A stretch of 64,000 bases of DNA from Patescibacteria group bacterium (GCA_016861205.1 BOKX01000001.1:988758-1052757), one strand, 5' to 3'. Counted from the first letter of the stretch, positions 8,573 through 16,171 are shown. Notes: generated by a model not told the origin, from the sequence alone. Program-made: numbers and translations.

Positions 8573-10405
8573 TTAGGGATTTTGAGTGGGGGGTTGAATC
8601 CCGTGCTGGCGAATCCGATCCATCATGGTGGGGGTGGACTGCACGTTAATACTGGGACCAGCCGGTGGGGTGATTGGGGTGGCTGGCTGAACAGGTGTCA
8701 CAGGTGGAGGAGTGATCGGCTGAACAGGTGCCGTCACCGACGTAGTTGAGGTCATTGGAGCTGGGGTACCGCCAAAAGAAACGGGGGGTGGAGTTGGTCG
8801 TAAACCGCCAGTAGGAGGTACCAAGTTGCTTGGTGGTGAGACTTGATTTGACTGGAGCTTGTTAATCTTTTGCTGCAGTTGGGCCTCGTAGGCTGACGAC
8901 GTGGCTGCTCTGGTTCCAGATTGACCACCGCCACCGCCACCACCGCGGCGACGACGCATCAAAATGATAGCGAGGACGATGAGCAAGATTACTGCGCCCA
9001 GTCCCAGTCCGGCGATGCCCAAAATGCTGGGTGATAGACCGAATAGGCCACTGACAGTTTCATCGGGGAGCACGGGTTCACCTGGCAAGGTAGTGTCGGG
9101 CAGTTCACCGCCTGGCAACGAACTTGGTGAGGCGAAGACGAATGGAGTTGGACTCGGGAAACTGCTGGGTGCCACACTAGCTGTCCCAAACGGGTTGGTG
9201 GTGGGCGTGTTAGGAGTTACCACGGCTCCCTTGGGTGCAGTGGTTGTGCCCCCAAATGGGCTAGCCGGGCTACAGGTCGTACTACTGCTGTTGGTAGCCA
9301 AGCGGCAGCGACCACTGACACATCGGAGGTTGGTGGCACACTGGCTATTTGAACTACAGGCTTGGTTACAGCTACGAGCCATAGCTTGCTGCTGAGCTGC
9401 TGTAGGCGCAGAACAGCTGGTGTTGTCTGGATTGTCTGGGCGACGGCAGCGGTTGAAGTAGCAGGTGTAGCTGTTACCACACTCATTACTGTCGGCACAG
9501 TACTCGTTACACTGGCGGTTAAGACCTTGGTCCGCTGGGGCGGCGCAGGTGCTGCTGCCAGTATTGGTTGCTAGGCGACAGCGACCTTCGAAACACCGCA
9601 GCTCGCTAGCACACTCACTATTGCTGCTACAGGTTTCATTACAAACCTTCAAAGTAGTGCCACCAGTTCCTGGAGTGGCCGATGGCGAAGGTGAGGGAGA
9701 GGGTGAGGGACTAGCCTGTGTTTCTGGACTGGGAGTAACTTGAGTACTTGGTGATGGGGTTGGGCTGGGTGTGGGATCAGCAGCGGCTACTACAGTATAG
9801 GTAGAAGCAGCTGCGGTTCGCAAAATATCCTCAGGCGGATTGGCGTTGAAACCAGCTACCAACGAACCATTGGGATCCATAGTTATAGTCAATGAACCAG
9901 CTTGGGTGGGAGTGAAGGTCAACCGAGCCACTGGTTGGGCTGTCGTAGTGGTGAACGGCTGACCAAAAGTTGCCGGCAGGGCCAAAATTCGGACACGAAA
10001 CCCACCGTTTTGCGGAGTAGCTTCAGCCAAAGCGCTCGTTAAGCCACTACTGGTAATCACGCTCGCTGACAGTTGATTGGTGACGTCAGTGTTGACGTTG
10101 AGTGTGAGTTCAACACCGGACGTTTGGGCACCTTGGGTGTTAATGGTTAGATCTATGTTGGTTTCTTGGCCGACCGTCAAATTAGTACTGGTGCCAGGGG
10201 AAACACCCATAGTAACTGTGCCGGTGTCACTAGAAGCAGCCCGGCGTAGATCTTGAGAATCTTGAAGTGGTTTCTGGACCAACAATAAACTTGCCGCACC
10301 AACTACCAACGCCAATCCACCCAAAGCACTGGCTACAAGACCCATCGACTTGGTCCAGGGGCGTTTCTTGACGTGGATGATCTGGTCTTTGACGCTGATT
10401 TCCAT
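8573..10405 (-). CDS. Membrane-anchored surface protein. Order of elements: N-terminal signal/anchor, cohesin-like beta-sandwich region, Pro/Ser linker, three 6-Cys repeats, TM helix, poly-Arg/Gly stretch, Pro-rich cytoplasmic tail.
   Basis: The N-terminus has a hydrophobic segment. A region of about 150 aa (LTVGQETNIDLTINTQG…LTITMDPNGSLVAGFN…TYTVVA) has the alternating strand pattern of cohesin domains. The PSPTPSPS linker is followed by 3x [C-x3-C-x5-C-x5-C-x4-C-x9/10-C]. Then comes a TM helix (ILGIAGLGLGAVILLIVLAIILM), then RRRRGGGGGGG, then a PPxTP-rich tail. Confidence 0.55.
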   Translation of the reverse strand: MEISVKDQIIHVKKRPWTKSMGLVASALGGLALVVGAASLLLVQKPLQDSQDLRRAASSDTGTVTMGVSPGTSTNLTVGQETNIDLTINTQGAQTSGVELTLNVNTDVTNQLSASVITSSGLTSALAEATPQNGGFRVRILALPATFGQPFTTTTAQPVARLTFTPTQAGSLTITMDPNGSLVAGFNANPPEDILRTAAASTYTVVAAADPTPSPTPSPSTQVTPSPETQASPSPSPSPSPSATPGTGGTTLKVCNETCSSNSECASELRCFEGRCRLATNTGSSTCAAPADQGLNRQCNEYCADSNECGNSYTCYFNRCRRPDNPDNTSCSAPTAAQQQAMARSCNQACSSNSQCATNLRCVSGRCRLATNSSSTTCSPASPFGGTTTAPKGAVVTPNTPTTNPFGTASVAPSSFPSPTPFVFASPSSLPGGELPDTTLPGEPVLPDETVSGLFGLSPSILGIAGLGLGAVILLIVLAIILMRRRRGGGGGGGQSGTRAATSSAYEAQLQQKINKLQSNQVSPPSNLVPPTGGLRPTPPPVSFGGTPAPMTSTTSVTAPVQPITPPPVTPVQPATPITPPAGPSINVQSTPTMMDRIRQHGIQPPTQNP

Positions 10406-10407
10406 AC

Positions 10408-11832
10408 TTAACTTTGGGCCCTGAAGGCAGTTACTAAAATTGTGTAATCCAAGATATTAATAACATTATCACAGTTTAGGTCGGCGGCGCTGCTAGCATT
10501 TCCACCAAGGTAAGCAGTAATAAGAGCGGTGTAGTCAAAGAGATTCACTCGGCCATCGCCAGTAATATCAGCCGTCTTGTTGCAGGTACCAGGACTGGCG
10601 CTAGGACTTGGATTCAAGCTTGGGCTGGGGCTAGGGTTGGCTGAAGCTGGTGGGGTAGGACAGGGTAAGAACTGACAGTTACGAGTTGCACTACGGCTGA
10701 CAAAGCTGCCATCTGGACATTGGAAAACATCAGCTGGACAAACCACTGGGCTGGGGCTAGGACTGCTGCTGACAATGATGCTCGGCGAAGGAATGACACT
10801 GGCTGACTGGAGGAACGGTGTTAGGCGAGCGTTAGTCAAGTTAATGGTACCCACAATTGCGCTTTGGTTATCAGAGGTCAAGCTAAGGGTGGGGTAGATG
10901 ACTGGATTGCCGATGGCGTGACTGCCGAAAGCATTACCACTGTAAAAGAGCCAACCACCTGGGTTTTGGCCGTTATAGGTCCGGACTTCGCTGACACTCC
11001 ATGTGTTGTTAACACGTTGGAAGTATATAAAGAGACGCATCTCAACACCTTGCTCTTGCCAGATCATTTCGAGGGTTTGGTTGCTACCGCTGCCTGGATT
11101 GCTTGATACTTGGAAAGCAGTGCCATTATCTGGAATACCGTGGAACGTTCGGTTGCCAATCTGGAGGTTGAAGTCATCAGCCACTAAGCGAGCGTACTGT
11201 GTCTCCCAAATAGCCGCGTGCACGATTGGTGAGGCGCTGGGTGAGGGAGTGGGTGCGGCGACGTTGAACGTGTACTGAGCAGTAAATACACTGCGGAGAA
11301 TGTCTTGGAGTGTGCTGTGTTCGATAGCTTTGCTTTGGCTGGCAGTAGGTTCTGGAACCAAGGTAAAAGAACCGGAAGCTGGGGCGGCATACGATAACGT
11401 GCCGACTGTTACATAGCTGGTACTCGAAAAAGGTTGCGTTGGGTTTTTGGTAATTAACCCTAATCTCAGATAGATGCCATTCTCTGAAGTGGTGATCTGA
11501 GGATTGGCTAGATCGAAGCGACCTGTGCTGACTGGAGTAAACGTCATTGGTGTGGTTGGATAGGTGCCGGTCATGTTGTACACCAACTGCAGACCATCTA
11601 TCTGTCGACCACCAGTGTTGACCTGAAGATTGGTAGTGATAGTTTGGCCGGGGGTGCCGGTTTGGTTGTTGGAGTTCCAGCGGACTTGAACAGGTCCTTG
11701 AGAAACACTAGCTTGATTGCGTGTGTCTTGACTAAAACGACTTAGGAAAACAGCAGCCATTAAACCCAGTAGTAATAGTAGTACTAAACTACCCATCACT
11801 ACCATGCGGAGTGGGATCTTCATGCGGCGCAT
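10408..11832 (-). CDS. Secreted protein with a C-terminal type-I dockerin domain. Also has an N-terminal cohesin-like region and a 4-Cys module.
   Basis: Signal peptide (MRRMKIPLRMVVMGSLVLLLLLGLMA). The C-terminus DITGDGRVNLFDYTALITAYLG…DLNCDNVINILDYTILVTAF contains two 22-residue Ca-binding dockerin repeats (D-x-N/T-x-D-G-x-V-N-x2-D-x-T-x-L). The preceding module is VVCPADVFQCPDGSFVSRSATRNCQFLPCP. Its stop is 3 nt from the next gene, so the two are likely an operon. Confidence 0.6.
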   Translation of the reverse strand: MRRMKIPLRMVVMGSLVLLLLLGLMAAVFLSRFSQDTRNQASVSQGPVQVRWNSNNQTGTPGQTITTNLQVNTGGRQIDGLQLVYNMTGTYPTTPMTFTPVSTGRFDLANPQITTSENGIYLRLGLITKNPTQPFSSTSYVTVGTLSYAAPASGSFTLVPEPTASQSKAIEHSTLQDILRSVFTAQYTFNVAAPTPSPSASPIVHAAIWETQYARLVADDFNLQIGNRTFHGIPDNGTAFQVSSNPGSGSNQTLEMIWQEQGVEMRLFIYFQRVNNTWSVSEVRTYNGQNPGGWLFYSGNAFGSHAIGNPVIYPTLSLTSDNQSAIVGTINLTNARLTPFLQSASVIPSPSIIVSSSPSPSPVVCPADVFQCPDGSFVSRSATRNCQFLPCPTPPASANPSPSPSLNPSPSASPGTCNKTADITGDGRVNLFDYTALITAYLGGNASSAADLNCDNVINILDYTILVTAFRAQS

Positions 11833-11964
11833 ACTTCATCTTAGACAGGTTGCCGTGTAAAATGCAATCACGGACTTACCGTGAGGGTGTATACTCTCTC
11901 AAGTTACTAAGCCCCGCCATTGGCGGGACAGGCCCCACCGTGTCCGGTGGGATGAGGAGATGTC

Positions 11965-12858
11965 ATGTCTGATACTCGTCGTGTTCGCAAAGCCATTATC
12001 ACTGACGCCGGTTTTGCGAGTCGTTATCTGCCTATCACCAAAACCATCCCCAAGGCTATGTTGCCACTCGGCAATCGGCCGATCATGCAGTTTGTAGTTG
12101 AAGAGTGTGTGGAAGCTGGCATCGAAGAGATTATTGTAGTGGCCACACCCGAAGGTAAGCCAATTTACGAAGACTACTTCAACAACAACGTCAACCGGAT
12201 TCGCAAGCAGCTGTCTGCTCAAGGCAAAGAGGACCGCTACGAGCCAGTTCAACATGTCTTAGATTTCCCGAAGATCGTGGTGATTGAGCAAGATCCCAGT
12301 TTGCCGTACGGCAATGGTTCACCCGTGGCTTCAGCCCAAAAGTTTGTGGAGGGTGAAGAAGCTTTTCTGGTTTTGTATAGTGACGACGTAGTGTTTGGTA
12401 CCCCAGGAGACGCCAAAGTTTTGGTTGATCTTTACGAGCAAAACCCCAATGTCGAGGGTATTATTATGGCTCAAGAAGTTAGCCCCGAGGTGGTAGATAA
12501 GTACGGCATTATTTCCTTTAAAGCTGGTTCTGATCGCGAGCTCGATAACATTATTGAAAAGCCTGATAAAGGCACCGAGCCTTCACGATTGGCTTCTTAC
12601 GGTCGTTATTTAGTTAAGCCATCGATTTTCGAGCACCTGAACCCCACCAACTTGGGTAAAGATGCTGAACTCTGGACTGTTGATGCCATCACCAAGATCG
12701 CTGCGACCAAAACTGTTTTGGTGGAGAAGACTCAAGCCATGTGGATGACCACCGGCGACCCAGAAAACTACTTCAAGGCTCACATGATGTTTGCCTTGCA
12801 GCATGAGAAGTACGGCAGCAAAATTGGGGATTGGCTCAGTGAGCTCAGCTCTAGTTAA
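11965..12858 (+). CDS. galU: UTP--glucose-1-phosphate uridylyltransferase
   Basis: N-terminal KAIITDAGFASRYLPITKTIPKAMLPLGNRPIMQ is the GalU nucleotide-binding signature. Length is about 297 aa. SD GAGGAG sits 6 nt upstream. Confidence 0.9.
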   Translation: MSDTRRVRKAIITDAGFASRYLPITKTIPKAMLPLGNRPIMQFVVEECVEAGIEEIIVVATPEGKPIYEDYFNNNVNRIRKQLSAQGKEDRYEPVQHVLDFPKIVVIEQDPSLPYGNGSPVASAQKFVEGEEAFLVLYSDDVVFGTPGDAKVLVDLYEQNPNVEGIIMAQEVSPEVVDKYGIISFKAGSDRELDNIIEKPDKGTEPSRLASYGRYLVKPSIFEHLNPTNLGKDAELWTVDAITKIAATKTVLVEKTQAMWMTTGDPENYFKAHMMFALQHEKYGSKIGDWLSELSSS

Positions 12859-13129
12859 GCGCTCAGTTTCATGCTATAGTTGAGGGTAACATGCCAGTCA
12901 GCATTTGCTAGTGAGGGGTTAGAATTTCCTCGATAATGCTTGACGAAGGGCTGATGGGTTGTCTGGGTACCCCGTGGGGTATTCGGCGCTCTGCCCACCT
13001 GGTTTCCAGGGGGATCAAGTCACCCCTCACTGCCAAGTGCTGACCTTGATCAGGGTCGAGGCTCTTATTGTGAGCCATAGTTTTCCGTTGAGAAAATTCG
13101 CCGAGTAAGGTACACTACACAGGTTCTGT

Positions 13130-13201
13130 GCCCAGATAGTTCAGTGGCAGAACGCCTTCTTGGTAAGAAGGAGGTCGAGGGTCCGATTCCCTCTCTGGGC
13201 T
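13130..13201 (+). tRNA. tRNA-Thr (anticodon GGT)
   Basis: Cloverleaf by hand folding: acceptor GCCCAGA/TCTGGGC, D arm GTTC-AGTGGCA-GAAC, anticodon stem CCTTC/GAAGG with loop TTGGTAA, T arm GAGGG-TCCGATT-CCCTC. No encoded CCA. Confidence 0.8.
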
Positions 13202-13222
13202 CTGAATAGAAAGATACCTTGC

Positions 13223-13558
13223 ATGTCTGAAACAGCAGCCGGTGAAGGCCGAAATCTCAAAACATACACGTTGCTTGGTTTCGCTCCACAAACGCCCGAG
13301 AGTGAAGTGCTGCCGGAAGATGTGGATCAGTTTGTAACTGCAGTTTTGGCACTACCAACCATTCAAACTTGTGAAAAGGTGCTTGGGGAGATCCGAGATT
13401 TTTCAGTCTACACAGCTGTGGTTTTGGTAGTAACTGCAGAGGGCGACGCCCAACAAGTTGGCAATGATATCTTAGAGATGAAGAGAAAAGGTATCCCAAA
13501 CAGTGAAGTAACGTCAAAAACCTTCATTGTTTCGGATTTACCGATTACAATTGAATAA
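13223..13558 (+). CDS. Hypothetical small protein (111 aa) between two tRNA genes
   Basis: ORF beginning MSETAAGEG…. The longer track ORF (13160) would overlap tRNA-Thr, so the internal ATG is preferred. No recognised family. Confidence 0.35.
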   Translation: MSETAAGEGRNLKTYTLLGFAPQTPESEVLPEDVDQFVTAVLALPTIQTCEKVLGEIRDFSVYTAVVLVVTAEGDAQQVGNDILEMKRKGIPNSEVTSKTFIVSDLPITIE

Positions 13559-13571
13559 ACATTAACGACAA

Positions 13572-13657
13572 GCCTGGTTACCCAAGTGGTCAACGGGGGC
13601 AGACTGTAAATCTGCTGACATACGTCTTCGGAGGTTCGAATCCTTCACCAGGCACCC
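13572..13657 (+). tRNA. tRNA-Tyr (anticodon GTA), long variable arm
   Basis: Acceptor GCCTGGT/ACCAGGC, anticodon stem GCAGA/TCTGC with loop CTGTAAA, a 14-nt variable arm (stem gac/gtc), and T arm GGAGG-TTCGAAT-CCTTC. Confidence 0.8.
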
Positions 13658-13820
13658 CTTCACAAACTGTTTTTTCGCACTTCGCACTGACGTGAGGCGT
13701 TCGAAAAGACAGTTTGTTCAGGTTTAGTCGCTTCGCACGAGAGGTGCTCAAACACAAAAGTTTTTGTGCCTTTTACTTTCTTTTTCCCAACCAAGCAATT
13801 AAGTCGTTTGAATCAATGCT

Positions 13821-14333
13821 TTAAAACGGCTCGATTCTGAAGCCGAGATCTTTGCCCAGATAGTCTTGCCAGACCACATAGCTGAGCTCGATAGTGCGAT
13901 GGCCGAAAGCGCGGCCCTCAATGGCGTGGTTTTCGTCGTAGATCACCATTTCTTTGCCACCATCCAGAAACTCCAAGTTGTACTTGCGCTCGCGGAAGCC
14001 AAAGTGGTGCTTCAACTCCAAGTATGAACTGCTCAGCCAGCGACACTCGAGGATGATGTCGCCACGGTGGTAAGTGGTTTCAGCAAACTGAAACTCTTGA
14101 TTAACGTTTTTATTGGCAATTTCGCCAACATACTTCTCGAAGTAGTACTCTTTGGAGTGATACATGTAGTGGGTGATTTTGTAGCTGGTGAAGCGGGGAG
14201 AGATCAGGGGATAGCCCGCGAACTCACTCCCGAACTTTGCCCAAAGCAACGCCATGCCAGCTTCTAGAAAATGATCCATGGGCGAATTATACTGCGGTCC
14301 GGTATAATACCGAAGTGGAGTTCGCTTTGGCAA
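13821..14333 (-). CDS. Hypothetical protein (170 aa)
   Basis: ORF with ordinary composition; no motif recognised. Confidence 0.4.
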   Translation of the reverse strand: MPKRTPLRYYTGPQYNSPMDHFLEAGMALLWAKFGSEFAGYPLISPRFTSYKITHYMYHSKEYYFEKYVGEIANKNVNQEFQFAETTYHRGDIILECRWLSSSYLELKHHFGFRERKYNLEFLDGGKEMVIYDENHAIEGRAFGHRTIELSYVVWQDYLGKDLGFRIEPF

Positions 14334-14343
14334 CTTCGCAGCT

Positions 14344-14396
14344 GCCTCCTTAGCTCAGTGGTTAGAGCATCCCGCTGTAAGCGGGAGGGTCCAGAG
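14344..14396 (+). pseudogene. Truncated tRNA-like sequence. It duplicates the 5' half of the downstream tRNA-Thr(TGT) but has a different anticodon arm and no T-arm 3' strand or acceptor 3' strand.
   Basis: Positions 1-26 (GCCTCCTTAGCTCAGTGGTTAGAGCA) are identical to the tRNA at 14418. The anticodon arm is TCCCG-CTGTAAG-CGGGA (would read GTA). The sequence continues GGGTCCAGAG and then diverges to gtaaacttaacaag. Confidence 0.45.
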
Positions 14397-14417
14397 GTAA
14401 ACTTAACAAGTAAATAT

Positions 14418-14490
14418 GCCTCCTTAGCTCAGTGGTTAGAGCACCTGTTTTGTAAACAGGGGGTCCAGAGTTCGAATCTCTGAGGGGGCT
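14418..14490 (+). tRNA. tRNA-Thr (anticodon TGT)
   Basis: Acceptor GCCTCCT/AGGGGGC (one G-U), D arm GCTC-AGTGGTTA-GAGC, anticodon stem CCTGT/ACAGG with loop TTTGTAA, T arm CAGAG-TTCGAAT-CTCTG. 73 nt. Confidence 0.8.
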
Positions 14491-14597
14491 CAAAAATGCT
14501 CTAAACAGTATATCGGCGTTCAAAGAGTTCCTCTCTAGCAAAACGAGCATTTTTTGTGTATACTACCAGTTCTGTAACGCGAAAAACGTAAAGATAT

Positions 14598-14801
14598 ATG
14601 GCAAAAAAGAAAAAAGGCCCCCGACAAGCAACTGGTTTGAAGTGCAAAGTGTGTAGCAACTTTAACTACATTACTGAGTACAACAAAATGAACGAACAGC
14701 TCAAGAAGCAAACGACCGGCGAGAGTACTTTCCCTCTGATGAAGTACTGCAAACGCTGCCGCAAGAGCACTGAGCACGTCATGTCCAAGAAGTTGAAGTA
14801 A
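14598..14801 (+). CDS. rpmG: 50S ribosomal protein L33
   Basis: 67 aa, Lys-rich, with two CxxC pairs (CKVCSNFNY…CKRCRKSTEH) forming the L33 zinc ribbon. Possible extended -10 (tgtgtatact) about 30 nt upstream. Confidence 0.7.
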   Translation: MAKKKKGPRQATGLKCKVCSNFNYITEYNKMNEQLKKQTTGESTFPLMKYCKRCRKSTEHVMSKKLK

Positions 14802-14845
14802 TAAGACTTCAATTTGGATTTTCCGACGCGCGCGTTTTTGTTTTC

Positions 14846-16171
14846 CTAAGATTTCGACTCTGTCTGTGCCACGTTGGCGATGTTTTTGGCACCTTCCAAG
14901 AAAAGGGGCTCAAGAGTTTGGGCGGTTTGCATGGCTTGCTCAATCCAGGACTGTGCCTGATGATGGGCACTCATTAAGGTTTTCAACTGTTCCCAGATGT
15001 GTTCAGCTTGTGCCTGACGCGCGATGCCTTTTTGTTCAAAAATCGACCGGATATTGTGTTCCCACTCACCCCACTCGTTGAGGGTCAACAAGAAACAGCC
15101 AGCCGCAGCTGCGTCGTAGGCCATGTCGCCTGATGGTTTCGAGATAAAGCCATCAGCCCAAGGGAAGCCGTACTTTATCAGTAGCTCATTGGCATCCACA
15201 ATCTGAGGATGGTAAATCAGGCGGAGTTTCTGGCGGGAGTCGGTCAGAGCACCAATCTTGACGCGGTGTTCCTTAGCTACCTCACGAACAAGATCGCAGA
15301 AATCACTGTTGGTGCCACCATAGACCAGGATTCGCAGCCGACTGTCTGGTTTACGTAACTCTGGCAGGAGTTGCTCCAAAATCGTTTTGATCTCAGTCTT
15401 GTTGGTGCCCAAGCCGCCCGTGGTCAAACACAGCTTCAGCAAGCCACTGCGCCAAGGGTGTTTGCGGCTGCGGACCGCTAAGATGCGTGGGTCAACTGGG
15501 GGACCGGTCACGATGATGCGTTCGGGATCAGGGTGCAGACCACGAATCATGGCCTTTTCCAAAAACTCAATCTTGGTTCGCTCGTCGAACACGCAAAACT
15601 TGATGTTAGGACGATCGGCGTTGTCCAAGTAGTCATCGCGAACGTGCGGATCAGTAATGACCTGAATGACGGACTTGCCTTGTTCGGCCAAGATATTTCC
15701 AGCTGCGATGTGCAGGGACAAAATGGGATGCTTGACGTTTTGGGTCAGGTGCAGCAGCGGCGGGGTGATGCTAGTCAGGATCGGCAGTTTGGAGCGACCA
15801 AACTTGTCGACTAAGTCTTTGACAAACTTGAGAAGTGGATGGCGGGCCAAAGTTCGGCCAACTTGTTGCGTGAACTCCACTTTGCGCCACTCTTTTTGGC
15901 TGACGTAGTTGGTGGGGTCAACGATCCATGCCTTGGTGGGGCGAATTTTATCACCCCAAACAGAGACGGCGATGGCGACCGCCATCGAGTAGTGAGCGCG
16001 TGACAGTACGATATCGGGCTGAGTATTGTTGGCGGGCATGCCATACCAATCTTTCAAGTCTTCTCGGTAACTAGCAGACACCGTGACCATGGGCAACTGG
16101 GTTTGCTCTAGAACTGATTTATCCTTGGCTAAGGCGAGAGTGAGGTGGGGATCAAGCAGGGAAGCGGGCAT
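14846..16171 (-). CDS. Glycosyltransferase family 28-like (MGDG synthase/UgtP-type diacylglycerol glycosyltransferase family)
   Basis: 441 aa. The C-terminal half (…ILVYGGTNSDF…SKPSGDMAYDAAAAGCFLLTLNEWGEWE…) resembles the GT-B C-terminal donor-binding domain of MGDG synthase/MurG-like enzymes. Confidence 0.5.
   Translation of the reverse strand: MPASLLDPHLTLALAKDKSVLEQTQLPMVTVSASYREDLKDWYGMPANNTQPDIVLSRAHYSMAVAIAVSVWGDKIRPTKAWIVDPTNYVSQKEWRKVEFTQQVGRTLARHPLLKFVKDLVDKFGRSKLPILTSITPPLLHLTQNVKHPILSLHIAAGNILAEQGKSVIQVITDPHVRDDYLDNADRPNIKFCVFDERTKIEFLEKAMIRGLHPDPERIIVTGPPVDPRILAVRSRKHPWRSGLLKLCLTTGGLGTNKTEIKTILEQLLPELRKPDSRLRILVYGGTNSDFCDLVREVAKEHRVKIGALTDSRQKLRLIYHPQIVDANELLIKYGFPWADGFISKPSGDMAYDAAAAGCFLLTLNEWGEWEHNIRSIFEQKGIARQAQAEHIWEQLKTLMSAHHQAQSWIEQAMQTAQTLEPLFLEGAKNIANVAQTESKS

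Noticed and set aside
8964-9743. Several + strand ORFs (8964..9395, 9362..9574, 9549..9743) inside the 8573..10405 gene
   Set aside because: Their low-complexity Gly/Val/Ala-rich products are generated by the antisense of Pro/Ser/Thr-rich coding repeats. The minus-strand gene has coherent domain architecture.
9650-9790. Short tandem DNA repeats (tcaccctctccctcacc-type), briefly considered as a CRISPR or VNTR array
   Set aside because: They encode the PSPSPS linker of the surface protein. There is no repeat-spacer periodicity and no cas genes anywhere in the window.
12859-13129. Assignment of the structured intergenic region to RNase P RNA, tmRNA, SRP RNA or 6S RNA
   Set aside because: I found none of the hallmark conserved motifs: no GGAA tetraloop with AGCAG for SRP, no tRNA-like 3' end with CCA for tmRNA, no P4 sequences for RNase P. 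It is kept only as an unexplained structured region.
14344-14396. Calling the first tRNA-like element a functional tRNA-Tyr (anticodon GTA)
   Set aside because: The 3' strand of the T stem, the T loop and the acceptor 3' strand are all missing. The sequence diverges into AT-rich spacer after CAGAG.
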